From Acidimicrobiia bacterium (GTDB lineage: Bacteria > Actinomycetota > Acidimicrobiia > Spongiisociales > ZC4RG35): a DNA stretch of 64,000 bases. Position 1 is the first letter of the stretch; every line of letters starts with the position of its first letter. The notes below the pieces were generated by a model. The model was not told where the DNA came from and made no database searches. It saw only the letters and a program-made list of their open reading frames with translations. Below, piece by piece: positions 15,129-24,399 of the stretch. The position numbers and the translations under genes are program-made. The stretch is taken from contig JBOGEV010000118.1 of assembly GCA_050742015.1 (NCBI GenBank), positions 3,962 through 67,961 of the forward strand. Direction: 5' to 3'.

Positions 15129-15554
15129 CTAACTCGAATTTTCGCGACCCGACTGCAGTGAGCGAAGCAGAGGTCGGAAGCTGACCTCGATGGTGTCGTA
15201 GACCTCACCGAGGGCGCGGTCCAGCTCGAGATCGGTCACATGGGTGTCGGGGATGCGTCCCCGAAGCAGCAGACCCCCATCCTGGTCGAGGGCGAAAAAG
15301 GCGCGCCACCCTCTCATGTTCCGCTGCAACGCCTGACGGAGAAGGCCGGGAGTGCCTTCGCCCACCGGCAACACGTAGGCCTCGTACTGGAGGCTTCGCT
15401 CTCCAACCGTGAACCACACCGTCGTGGCGTCCCTCGTCTCCTGAACCATGCGGACCGCCCAGCGCCCTTCGACCTCCTCGGCGTACTCGACACTCGAGTC
15501 CGGATCGTCGAGCCAGCCTGAGATCCGCTGCTCCAGCACCTCCCTCATGCCCAT
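15129..15554 (-). CDS. YbjN-family protein (putative sensory-transduction regulator / chaperone-like fold)
   Basis: 141 aa. The pattern WAVRM..E.RDATTVWFTVGERSLQYEAYVLP...LLRRN resembles actinobacterial YbjN-domain proteins. Confidence 0.65.
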   Translation of the reverse strand: MGMREVLEQRISGWLDDPDSSVEYAEEVEGRWAVRMVQETRDATTVWFTVGERSLQYEAYVLPVGEGTPGLLRQALQRNMRGWRAFFALDQDGGLLLRGRIPDTHVTDLELDRALGEVYDTIEVSFRPLLRSLQSGRENSS

Positions 15555-16492
15555 CGCAGCTCGACCCTCGGCTCGAGCTCACCGACCGAACGCCCGCCGC
15601 CGAGGACCTCGGGCCGAGCCAGCGGGGCGAGACGATCCGCGCCGTATCGCGGGAGCTCGCCCAGTGCGGCCAGGGTGGCGACCATGGCCGTGTCGGCCAC
15701 TTCCTGGATCCCGTCCCAAGCCTTGACCGCGATACCCAGCCGCCCATCGAGTGCGACCCCGAGACAGCCGGCCGCGCCTCGCTTTGCGGCCGCATTCAAT
15801 GCCGTGGCGATCTCACTGTCGCCATTGCCGCGGCCCGACGCCAATGCCGGATAACGGTGCATGGCAGTGAACACCTCACGCAACATGGGCAACGAGGCGA
15901 GCCGGGCGTAGAGGAGGGCCATCGCCCGGGTCGTCGTGCGGTGAACCGGCGCCCCACACCCATCGACCCCGACCGGGGTGGCCGGATACTGACCAAGTTC
16001 ATCGATCAGCTCGGTGATCTTCTCCTGCAGCAGATGGCTCGGTGACAGATAGTCGTCCAATGGCCAACCACGCGCCTGACTCGCCCTGAGCCAGGCGGCG
16101 TGCTTCCCCGAGCAGTTGTGCCAAACCCGTTCCGGAGTCTCCCGCCCCTGATCTCGATACCTGGTCATCGCCGCATTGGAGAGGGGCCATGCGGCCGGGC
16201 AGAGGAGATGGGACACTTCGAGCCCCACGCCGCCCAGCATCGCCTCCACGATGGCCACATGCACCGGTTCGCCGTCGTGTGATCCGGACGCGAGTGCCAG
16301 CTGCTGCGAGTCGAGCTGGGCGCCTTCCTGCTGGGCGATCAGGGCCTGGAACGGCTTGGAGGCCGACCGAAGGAAGAACGGCTGATCGATGTCCCCTACT
16401 GAGGCAACCAGGGCCCCATCGTCCGCAACGACCGCCACGGCCCCATCGTGCATGGTCTCCACGAGACCCGAGCGGGTTCGGGCGGCGAGCAA
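15545..16492 (-). CDS. Asparaginase II family protein (Rhizobium-type L-asparaginase)
   Basis: 315 aa. FFLRSASKPFQAL, HNCSGKHAAWL and VDGCGAP blocks. Confidence 0.85.
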   Translation of the reverse strand: MLAARTRSGLVETMHDGAVAVVADDGALVASVGDIDQPFFLRSASKPFQALIAQQEGAQLDSQQLALASGSHDGEPVHVAIVEAMLGGVGLEVSHLLCPAAWPLSNAAMTRYRDQGRETPERVWHNCSGKHAAWLRASQARGWPLDDYLSPSHLLQEKITELIDELGQYPATPVGVDGCGAPVHRTTTRAMALLYARLASLPMLREVFTAMHRYPALASGRGNGDSEIATALNAAAKRGAAGCLGVALDGRLGIAVKAWDGIQEVADTAMVATLAALGELPRYGADRLAPLARPEVLGGGRSVGELEPRVELRWA

Positions 16493-16495
16493 CGC

Positions 16496-17026
16496 TCAGC
16501 CTGCGGTTTGTGGTTCGCCCTGCTGGCTCCGGTATCGGGAGATGATCTCGTCCTGCAGGGCATCGATCACCGAATGCAGCTGCCGACGTTGCGCCGAGAG
16601 CTCTGCCTCCACCTCATGGACACGGTCGATGGCCTCGCTCAGCTCCTCACTGGTCAGCTCGGGAAGCTGGGTCAGAATGCCGTCGTCCATGATCCGATCG
16701 ATGAGTCGGCGCCCGGTGGAGGTGGGGAGCGGGGGCATGGTCTCGAGGTGGCGCAGATTGGGCTCGTTGCCCAGGACCATGCCGGTGGCGAGGATCTCGG
16801 GCAGCGCCTCGAGCAGGGTCCGCTCCTCCTGGCCGCTGCGACGCCGCAGCTCGAAATTGAGCAGGTCCATCCGGCCGTGGAGGAGCCGGCGGTAGTACGA
16901 GATCTGGGCCTCGACGTCTTCAGCCGACTCCCGACGCCGTCGGAGCTCGTCTAGGTCGACCTCGGCTATGTCGTCCAGGTAGTCGGGCTCGAGAACCGTG
17001 TCGATGTTGCGTCGGTGCTCGGTCAC
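16496..17026 (-). CDS. RsiG-like coiled-coil protein (candidate c-di-GMP-binding anti-sigma factor homologue)
   Basis: GTG at 17026, immediately after the upstream gene's stop; 176 aa. Two copies of E-x3-S-x2-R-x3-H-x3-D (EAQISYYRRLLHGRMD, EAELSAQRRQLHSVID). The published RsiG motif is E-x3-S-x2-R-x3-Q-x3-D. Confidence 0.5.
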   Translation of the reverse strand: MTEHRRNIDTVLEPDYLDDIAEVDLDELRRRRESAEDVEAQISYYRRLLHGRMDLLNFELRRRSGQEERTLLEALPEILATGMVLGNEPNLRHLETMPPLPTSTGRRLIDRIMDDGILTQLPELTSEELSEAIDRVHEVEAELSAQRRQLHSVIDALQDEIISRYRSQQGEPQTAG

Positions 17027-17036
17027 GGGGTCAAGG

Positions 17037-18128
17037 CTACCTGCAGGCACCGGCCACGGTGGGATAGGGGTTGACCGCCGAGGAGCCACGACCGCCGGGA
17101 TGGATCTCGAAGTGGAGGTGGGGCGAACCTCCCCTGGCGTTCCCGGTGTCACCGTTGAATCCGATCGTCTGCCCCTGGCTCACCGAAGCACCCGAGCTGA
17201 CGTTGAAGCTGGAGAGATGGGCGTAGTAGAAGCCGATTCCGTTGTCGCCGGACAGCCAAATGCTGTTGCCTCCCAGACCACCGCTGCGGGTTGACACCTT
17301 TCCTGAGGTGACGGCATATATCGGCTCGTTCCAGGCCGCGAACATGTCGGTCCCCTTATGGGCCCGGCCCCCGGACCGAGGGCTGCCCCAAGAGTCGATG
17401 AACGAAGTGCGGCCCGGCGTGAAGGGGCAGATGAACGAGCCCACCTGGACCGAGCCTGCGGCTCGCTGCCTCGCCCGCGCCGCCAGCTCCGCCTGTTCCC
17501 GGTCGTATTCGGTGGCCAACTCCTTGCATCGTCCGGACAGCTTGGCGTAGGCCGCATGCTCGGCCTCCATGGCCGACTCCTGTGTGTTGCGCGCGTCCAG
17601 CCGATCCGCCTCGACCACTTCCAGCTCGTTCTGGGTGTCGGCCAGCTGACTCTCGAAGCGATCGAGCTCGCTCCGGGCGGCGATCAGCTCGTCGAGCGAC
17701 TCCTGGCCTCCGGTCGCGGCCGCAGCGAGGAATTCGGACGTGGTCATGAACTGATCGACCGTGGAGGCCGAGAAGATGATGCCCGGGCTAGCCATCCCTC
17801 CCCTCATGTACAGCTCCACCGCCTGTTCTTCGATCTTGGCCTGCACCTGGTCTAGTTCGTCGGTGTGACTGGTCATCGAGCCAGTGACCTGTTCCCGCTT
17901 GCGTTCCACCCGATCGACCTCGATGACGGCGTCTTCGTACTCCCGGGCCGCCGCGGCGAAGGCGCCCTGTGCTTCGCGGTACTCCGCCAGCTGAGCACGG
18001 GAGTCGGCGCATGCCTCTTCTACCTGCGCCTTGGTCACGGCAAGGCCCGAAATCGGGAACAGCGCGGCCAGGAGAGCGATGAGGGTGAGGAGGGTGACGA
18101 CGCGACGAGGCGTCCAGGTGGCACGCAT
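17037..18128 (-). CDS. Secreted M23 family metallopeptidase with N-terminal coiled coil
   Basis: 363 aa. Signal/TM segment, long coiled coil, then HKGTDMFA...[10 protein letters not shown] (HxxxD / HxH zinc motifs). Confidence 0.9.
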   Translation of the reverse strand: MRATWTPRRVVTLLTLIALLAALFPISGLAVTKAQVEEACADSRAQLAEYREAQGAFAAAAREYEDAVIEVDRVERKREQVTGSMTSHTDELDQVQAKIEEQAVELYMRGGMASPGIIFSASTVDQFMTTSEFLAAAATGGQESLDELIAARSELDRFESQLADTQNELEVVEADRLDARNTQESAMEAEHAAYAKLSGRCKELATEYDREQAELAARARQRAAGSVQVGSFICPFTPGRTSFIDSWGSPRSGGRAHKGTDMFAAWNEPIYAVTSGKVSTRSGGLGGNSIWLSGDNGIGFYYAHLSSFNVSSGASVSQGQTIGFNGDTGNARGGSPHLHFEIHPGGRGSSAVNPYPTVAGACR

Positions 18129-18192
18129 CGGCGGAGAGAGTAACCCCTGAGACCCGCTTTATGTAGTCCCCAGTTGATCTGTCGTGATGTGA

Positions 18193-19191
18193 TCAGAGAA
18201 CGAGCAGCAAAAGGGGGTAGTAGATGGCGGCGGCCAGGGCCACGCCATCGAGGCAAACCAGGGCCCCGGGTGGTCGCTCGGTGAGGGTGGCGCGTCCGGT
18301 GCGGAGCATCGAGGAAAGTCCGCGACCTGCGAGCAAGGCCACTGCGATGCCAAGTCCGACGAGCAGGTAAGACACCACATCGAGGTCCCAGATCAAGGCC
18401 GCGCCGACTGCCGAGAGGACGGCTCCGAGAGCGGTCACGGAGAACGGGTCGAGGAGGGGGAGCGGGGGAACGCGTTCCACGATGGACCCGAGGAGAAGGG
18501 CCGCGATAACGGAGACCAAAAAGACGTCGACTGCACTCGCCTCCGGGCTCTGGGCCGACCTGGCGAGTACCAACGACGCCGTGCCCAGCCCCGCGAAGAG
18601 CGACACCATCACCGTCGGGCTGAACACGTCGACGTGCCGATACTGGGGGAAGGCGACGGCCCACCCCATGCCGACGGCGACCGCCAGGACGAGGGCCAGG
18701 GCGTAGCCGGCGCCACCAGCGACGTGGGCGGCCATGGCCGCGCCGGCGGCGGTGACAACCACGGCGAGAGTGGCGAACTCTTTGCCCCTGGAGGTGAACG
18801 CAGAGCCGAGGTCGACTGCCCAAACCCCCACGATGAGCACCAGGACCGCGGCCCAGATCTCCTGGCCCTGAGTGTTGGCCAGAATGGCCACAACGGCCAC
18901 GGCGATGGGCAGGAACCCGATCAGATCGACGGCCGAGAACGTCGTGGTCGGTTGGCTGCCCCCCGATACGGGCGGGATCAGCACCACCTCGTCGGTCTCG
19001 ATGATGTTGTCCTCCATGGACGCCGACTCCCCGTTGACCCACACTCGGGCCGTTTCCACGCCACGGCGGAAGTCGGGGCCGAACTTCTCGGAGGCCGCCT
19101 CGATGACACCGCCAACCGTCTCCGCGGGCACGTCGAGCCTCGAGGTCCCGGCGATCTCACGGAGATTTGCGAACAGGCGGAGCTTTGCCAT
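18193..19191 (-). CDS. MoaD/ThiS-like ubiquitin-fold domain fused to a polytopic membrane domain
   Basis: Internal ATG at 19191 of track ORF 18193..19683; 332 aa. aa1-78 look like a complete MoaD ending LIPPVSGG. The frame continues uninterrupted into about 8 hydrophobic spans. Confidence 0.6.
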   Translation of the reverse strand: MAKLRLFANLREIAGTSRLDVPAETVGGVIEAASEKFGPDFRRGVETARVWVNGESASMEDNIIETDEVVLIPPVSGGSQPTTTFSAVDLIGFLPIAVAVVAILANTQGQEIWAAVLVLIVGVWAVDLGSAFTSRGKEFATLAVVVTAAGAAMAAHVAGGAGYALALVLAVAVGMGWAVAFPQYRHVDVFSPTVMVSLFAGLGTASLVLARSAQSPEASAVDVFLVSVIAALLLGSIVERVPPLPLLDPFSVTALGAVLSAVGAALIWDLDVVSYLLVGLGIAVALLAGRGLSSMLRTGRATLTERPPGALVCLDGVALAAAIYYPLLLLVL

Positions 19192-19257
19192 GTGCTGAGG
19201 GTAAAGCGTACCGACATCACTTCGCGTCTCCGGGGTCCCGTCGCTTAGGCTCGGATC

Positions 19258-19677
19258 ATGGACGACAGGGTGATGGTGGCTGTCGACGTCCCCCTGGTGG
19301 GGGATGAGCGTCACAAGAACTGGGCCAAGGTCGTGGAGTCGGTCGACAGTGAGAAGGCCTCGGGATGGGCGTTCGAAGGCCCGTTCGTGGCGGCTGGGGG
19401 GATCCAGGACATCCCGATGGGCTCGGTCCTGCTCGTCTACGGAGAACGCGGGTCGCGGGCCAATCCCCAGATCACGGCGCACGTGTACAGGGTCAACGCG
19501 GATTCGACGCTGAGCCTCGAGGCGGAGGCCAAGGGCAAAGCCTGGGCCCGCACCCTTCGTGACCCGGTCGAGCGTTGTCTTGGTGTGGATTCGATCGACC
19601 TCGACTTGTCCTATCTGAGCGACGAGCTTCTCGCGGACGAGCTGCGGACCCGAGGATGGAAGGTGGAACGGACGTGA
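19258..19677 (+). CDS. Hypothetical protein
   Basis: 139 aa ORF. GTGA overlap with the downstream quinone oxidoreductase gene suggests real translation. No family recognised. Confidence 0.45.
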   Translation: MDDRVMVAVDVPLVGDERHKNWAKVVESVDSEKASGWAFEGPFVAAGGIQDIPMGSVLLVYGERGSRANPQITAHVYRVNADSTLSLEAEAKGKAWARTLRDPVERCLGVDSIDLDLSYLSDELLADELRTRGWKVERT

Positions 19678-20642
19678 AGGCAATCGTGATATCCGAGCTC
19701 GGCGGGCCGGAGCGGCTCGTCCTGAGCGACGTCCCCGAGCCCGTGGTCGGGCCGGGCGACCTCCTGGTCGAGGTGGCAGCCGCCGGCCTCAACTTCATCG
19801 ACACCTATCAGCGCATCGGGTTGTACGACCTCACCCTCCCCTTCACCCCGGGGATGGAAGGGGCGGGGACGGTGCTCGGGGTGGGCGCCGACGTCACCGG
19901 GTTCCATACCGGCGACAAGGTCGGCTGGGCCCAGGTCGTCGGCACCTACGCCGAACGTCATGTCGTGCCTGCCGAACGGGCGATTCCGGTGCCCGATGGG
20001 ACGGACCTTCGGGTGGCGGCCGCGGTGCTGTTGCAAGGGATCACCGCCCACTACCTGGCGACCGACACCTTCCCTTTGAAGCCCGGAGACAGGTGTCTGA
20101 TCCATGCCGGAGCTGGTGGGGTGGGTTTGCTTCTCACCCAAATCGCCAAACTCCGGGGTGCCGAGGTGTTCACGACCGTGGGCACCACCGACAAGGCCGA
20201 CCTGAGCCGGAAGGCGGGGGCGGATCATGTCATCGTCTACTCCGAGACCGACTTTCAGGAAGCAGTGGAGGCCGTGGCCGGCCCCAAGGGCCTGGATGTC
20301 GTCTTCGACGGGGTGGGCGCCGACACCTTCATGAAAGGGCTCGATCTGCTCCGGCCCCGGGGTCTGATGGCCACCTTTGGCAACGCATCCGGCCCCGCGC
20401 CGGAGATCGCGCCCCTCGTCCTCTCCCGGAAGGGCTCGTTGTATCTGACCAGGCCGACCATGGCCCATTACCTCCGGACAAGGGAAGAGATGCTCTCCCG
20501 CTGCAGCGATATCTTCTCCTGGATCGATCAGGGTGTCCTCGACGTTCGAATCGGGGCCGAATACCCACTTGCCGACGCGGCCGACGCCCATCGGGCCCTG
20601 GAGGCCAGGCAGACAACGGGCAAAGTGCTGATCATTCCTTGA
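19674..20642 (+). CDS. qor: NADPH:quinone oxidoreductase (zeta-crystallin / MDR family)
   Basis: GTG at 19674; 322 aa. VAAAGLNFIDTYQRIGLY and IHAGAGGVGLLLTQIAK nucleotide-binding block. Confidence 0.85.
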   Translation: MKAIVISELGGPERLVLSDVPEPVVGPGDLLVEVAAAGLNFIDTYQRIGLYDLTLPFTPGMEGAGTVLGVGADVTGFHTGDKVGWAQVVGTYAERHVVPAERAIPVPDGTDLRVAAAVLLQGITAHYLATDTFPLKPGDRCLIHAGAGGVGLLLTQIAKLRGAEVFTTVGTTDKADLSRKAGADHVIVYSETDFQEAVEAVAGPKGLDVVFDGVGADTFMKGLDLLRPRGLMATFGNASGPAPEIAPLVLSRKGSLYLTRPTMAHYLRTREEMLSRCSDIFSWIDQGVLDVRIGAEYPLADAADAHRALEARQTTGKVLIIP

Positions 20643-21268
20643 ACCGTCCTGCGCCCAGCCGAATCCCGCTGAGGTCTCGCCTGTTCTGGCCCGTGGTGCT
20701 CCCGGCCATCCGGATCGGCGGAAGGATCGCCTGGAGGCTGAAGATCGATCGGGGACCGGGTTTTCCCGCCCCTCCTTTCGTCATCGCAGCCAATCACTAT
20801 TCGTTCCTCGACCCTCCGCTGGTTGGCGCGGTGTACGGAAGCCGGTCCCGGTTCATCGCCCTGACCGACCTCTATGGGAATCACTGGTGGCTCGATTGGC
20901 TCTTGGACACCCTGGAGGTGATCACGGTGCGCAGGGGAGCCGTGCCGCTGGCAACGGTGAAGGCGTGTCTGGCCCATCTCGCCGAAGGGGGAGTCGTCGG
21001 CCTGTTCCCGGAGGGGATCAGGGTGGAGCGATTCGGTGATGCCGGCTTCAAGCAAGGGGCGGCGTGGTTGGCTGCCCGGGCCGGAGTGCCGTTGGTCGCA
21101 GTCGCCGTCATCGGCACCGAGCAGGCGCTGGGCATCGACAACAGGTTCCGGAAGGGCCGGGTCCGGGTCATCGTCGGCCCCACATTCCACCCCACCGGGA
21201 CCGACCGCCCCTCAATCCACGACCTCACCCGCCGCTGGGCGGAGTGGGTGGAAGGAGCGCTTACCTGA
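20639..21268 (+). CDS. plsC: 1-acyl-sn-glycerol-3-phosphate acyltransferase family protein
   Basis: Proposed TTG at 20639 (TTGA overlap); the start is uncertain. NHYSFLDP (HX4D) and FPEGIR motifs. Confidence 0.75.
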   Translation: MNRPAPSRIPLRSRLFWPVVLPAIRIGGRIAWRLKIDRGPGFPAPPFVIAANHYSFLDPPLVGAVYGSRSRFIALTDLYGNHWWLDWLLDTLEVITVRRGAVPLATVKACLAHLAEGGVVGLFPEGIRVERFGDAGFKQGAAWLAARAGVPLVAVAVIGTEQALGIDNRFRKGRVRVIVGPTFHPTGTDRPSIHDLTRRWAEWVEGALT

Positions 21269-21280
21269 ACCTGATACCTA

Positions 21281-21314
21281 ATGCAGGGCGTCACGGATGT
21301 GTGACGCCCTGCAT
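21281..21314 (+). terminator. Perfect 14-bp GC-rich hairpin downstream of plsC
   Basis: ATGCAGGGCGTCAC-ggatgt-GTGACGCCCTGCAT. No strong T-tract, as is common for high-GC terminators. Confidence 0.55.
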
Positions 21315-21350
21315 AACGTTCGTGTCGTGTCCCGTTAGGTTGGCCCGGCC

Positions 21351-22373
21351 ATGAGCGGACTCGAGTTCATCACCGAAGAGCCCCCGAATGCCGCCGTCCC
21401 TTTGGCCGATCTCGATGGGAGGGGGCTCCCCCAGGAGCGGGTGTACATGCGGAACAGCTTCCCGATGCCCGAGCCCGGACAGGTCACCGGCCAGATAGAG
21501 GTCGACCTCCCCGGCCGCCCGGCGCGCACGCTGACCCCCGACGGACTGGCGGCTCTGGAACACGTCGACCTCGACCTGGTCCTCGAGTGTGCCGGGAACG
21601 GGCGCTCCCTCATGAGGCCGGTGGTCAGCGGGGTGCAATGGGGATTGGGGGGAGCATCGCCGGTCCGGGTCGGGGGGGTGCGGCTCATCGATGCCTTGGG
21701 CGAGATCCCTGATGAGGTGACGGAGATCGTTTCCACCGGGTTCGATCGGGGCAATGTCCACCCCGAGGGCGAGGTGCACTTCGAGTTCTCGGTCCCGGCT
21801 CGCCTGGTCCGGGAGGGCTCGGCGTTGTTGGTGACACACATGGGCGGTGAACCACTGGGCCTCGAGCACGGAGGCCCGGTTCGGTTGGTCGTGCCCGGGC
21901 ACTACGCCATGAAGTCGGTCAAGTGGCTGATCCGGATCGTAGGTGTGACCGAGCCATTCTCCGGCCACTTCGTGAATCGCTACCGCTTCTTCGGCGACGA
22001 CCTCGTCGAAGACGGCGCGCCGGTGGCGGAGATGCAGGTCAGGTCGGTCGTCACATTCCCCGGTCCAGGAGGACGGGTGACCGCCGGAAGAGTGACCGTT
22101 GCCGGATCGGCCTGGTCGGGGCTGGCGGCGGTGGAACGGGTAGCTGTGTCGGTGGACCAGGGAGTGACGTGGGTGGACGCGGAGCTCACACCGGGATCGG
22201 GACCGCTGGCGGCGACTTCATGGCGGCGCGACCTGACCCTCAGTCCCGGGATGCACACGGTCATGGCCCGAGCCACCGACGCCTCCGACAACACTCAGCC
22301 ACTCGTCTCGAGATGGAACAAAGGCGGCTACGCCAACAACGTGGTGCACACCGTCGAATTCGAGGTGGTCTAA
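21351..22373 (+). CDS. Sulfite-oxidase-family molybdopterin oxidoreductase
   Basis: 340 aa. LECAGNGR with the Mo-ligand Cys, GGPVRLVVPGHYAMKSVKWL, and a C-terminal Ig-like dimerisation-type domain. Confidence 0.85.
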   Translation: MSGLEFITEEPPNAAVPLADLDGRGLPQERVYMRNSFPMPEPGQVTGQIEVDLPGRPARTLTPDGLAALEHVDLDLVLECAGNGRSLMRPVVSGVQWGLGGASPVRVGGVRLIDALGEIPDEVTEIVSTGFDRGNVHPEGEVHFEFSVPARLVREGSALLVTHMGGEPLGLEHGGPVRLVVPGHYAMKSVKWLIRIVGVTEPFSGHFVNRYRFFGDDLVEDGAPVAEMQVRSVVTFPGPGGRVTAGRVTVAGSAWSGLAAVERVAVSVDQGVTWVDAELTPGSGPLAATSWRRDLTLSPGMHTVMARATDASDNTQPLVSRWNKGGYANNVVHTVEFEVV

Positions 22374-23344
22374 GGCGTCAACGTGGCGATTGCTGCCGCC
22401 ACTTCGCCCGGGGCGTCGAGATGTGCCTTCCAGGCGTCCGCCTGCACCTCGAACTCGGCCTCGGGCAGTGCCTCCTCGACTCGATCGACGGATTCACGAG
22501 GCACCTCTCCCTGTTGGCTCCACAGGTAGAGGACGGGAGCGGTGATCTCGTTCAGCTTGGACGGCACCTGGGAGGCAGCCGGGGTACGGCGGAACGCCCG
22601 GAACGACTCTGTGGTGTCGACGATGGTCTCGGCGAGATCCCGGGCCAGGACCTGGCTCTGTGTCGGGCACCAACCTCCGGTCTCGCAATTCGGGGCCCAG
22701 CGTGAACTGCTGAGCGGACCTGCCGTCTCCAAGGCGAAGGTGGCCGCCGTGCCCACCCACGGCAATTTCTCGACGAATTCGACCCATCCCTCCGGTTTGT
22801 AGAAGTCGACGTCGACCATGACCAGACCGGCCACCAGATCGGGATCCATCACCGCGATCTCGGCGCCGACCTCTCCTCCGAGCCCGACGCCGGCGATCAC
22901 CACGGGCCCGCCCACGCGCGCCTCGATGGCACCCGACAGCTCGGTGGCCATCGAAGCCACCGTGTGCCTGCTCCCCTCGACCGGGATCCTCTCGCTCAGT
23001 CCGAACCCGGGGAGATCGATTCTGATGATGGTGAACTCCGGGCCCAGGTCGGCAACCACATCGTCCCAGAGCACCCCGCCGGCGACGTCCACGTCGTGAA
23101 GGAGGACCAACGGGACGGCCCCGTCTCCTTCCTCGACCACATTCAGCTGGGTGCCATTGGCGGTGACGACCTGATCCAACTCGAGGTCGTCGAGGGAGAC
23201 GTCCTCGATCAGGTCGATCCGTTGCCTGGTCACCGCCGTCCAGACGACGATCCCGGCCGCGACGACAAGCAGGATCAACACGACGATTCGCAGCAGGACC
23301 CGGCTCGGTGCTTCATCCTTGGGCGGTGGGCGGAGCCCGCTCAC
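22370..23344 (-). CDS. Membrane-anchored alpha/beta-hydrolase-fold protein, nucleophile apparently absent
   Basis: 324 aa. N-terminal TM and LVLLHD oxyanion-type block. The nucleophile elbow reads AGVGLGG where GxSxG is expected. Confidence 0.65.
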   Translation of the reverse strand: MSGLRPPPKDEAPSRVLLRIVVLILLVVAAGIVVWTAVTRQRIDLIEDVSLDDLELDQVVTANGTQLNVVEEGDGAVPLVLLHDVDVAGGVLWDDVVADLGPEFTIIRIDLPGFGLSERIPVEGSRHTVASMATELSGAIEARVGGPVVIAGVGLGGEVGAEIAVMDPDLVAGLVMVDVDFYKPEGWVEFVEKLPWVGTAATFALETAGPLSSSRWAPNCETGGWCPTQSQVLARDLAETIVDTTESFRAFRRTPAASQVPSKLNEITAPVLYLWSQQGEVPRESVDRVEEALPEAEFEVQADAWKAHLDAPGEVAAAIATLTP

Positions 23345-23424
23345 GGGACACGACCAGGCGAGGGGGGCAACGCCATGACCCTCACGTTAGGAACGACCGT
23401 AACCGACCAGAGGTCAATAGGGCC

Positions 23425-24399
23425 TCAGCCGAGCCGCTTGACGACAGTCTCGGTGATCGAGTCGACCGAGGGGATCGCCATGTCCTCCAGTGCCTCGGCG
23501 GCCGGGAGCGGGATGTGCGGGGTCGTGATCCGGACCACAGGCCCGTCCAGGTCCCAGAACACCTCGTCGGCGACGATCGAGGCGATCTCGGCGCCCCAGC
23601 CACAGAGACGGGGGTTCTCCTCCACGGTGAACAACCGACTCGTTTTCGTCACCGAGCCGAGGATGGTCTGTGTGTCAAGCGGGACCAGGGTCCGCACATC
23701 GATCACCTCGGCCGAGATGCCCTGCTCGGCGAGCCGATGGGCGGCCTCCAAGGCGCGGGGGACCATCAGGGCGAGGGCGGCGATCGTGCAATCCGTGCCC
23801 TCACGCACCACCTTGGCCACTCCGAGCTCGTCGACGATCTCGCCCTCGGGCACCTCCGCCTTGTCGGCCATCAGGGATTTGTGCTCGAGGAACACCACCG
23901 GATCGGGATCCCGGATCGAGGCGGCCAGAAGACCGACCACGTCGAGCGGGGTGGAGGGTGCCACCACTTTGAGGCCGGGGATCATCATCACCCAGTTCTC
24001 CACGCTCTGTGAGTGCTGAGCGCCGAATCGGGAACCGCCACCATTGGCCGTGCGCACCACGACCGGGACGCTCACCTGGCCCCCGGTCATGTAACGGGAC
24101 TTGGCGATCTCGTTGGCCAACAGATCGAAGCAGACGGCAATGAAGTCGGAGAACATGATTTCGGCGATCACCGGGACGCCGGTCATGGCGGCTCCCATGG
24201 CCGCACCCAGGATCGCCTGCTCCGAGATGGGGGTGTCCCGAATGCGGTCCGGCCCGAATTCGTCGAGCAGCCCGACCGTCGTCTTGAACACGCCCCCTGC
24301 CCCGGCGATGTCCTCGCCCAGCATCACCAGGTTCGGGTCGCGGCGCATCTCCTGGGCGATGCCGTAGGCAACGGCCGTGCGATAGGTCAGTTCCGCCAT
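23425..24399 (-). CDS. 2-oxoacid (pyruvate/acetoin/branched-chain) dehydrogenase E1 component beta subunit
   Basis: 324 aa. Typical transketolase-like Pyr and C-terminal domains (MLGEDIAGAGGVFKTT, DTPISEQAI). Confidence 0.9.
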   Translation of the reverse strand: MAELTYRTAVAYGIAQEMRRDPNLVMLGEDIAGAGGVFKTTVGLLDEFGPDRIRDTPISEQAILGAAMGAAMTGVPVIAEIMFSDFIAVCFDLLANEIAKSRYMTGGQVSVPVVVRTANGGGSRFGAQHSQSVENWVMMIPGLKVVAPSTPLDVVGLLAASIRDPDPVVFLEHKSLMADKAEVPEGEIVDELGVAKVVREGTDCTIAALALMVPRALEAAHRLAEQGISAEVIDVRTLVPLDTQTILGSVTKTSRLFTVEENPRLCGWGAEIASIVADEVFWDLDGPVVRITTPHIPLPAAEALEDMAIPSVDSITETVVKRLG

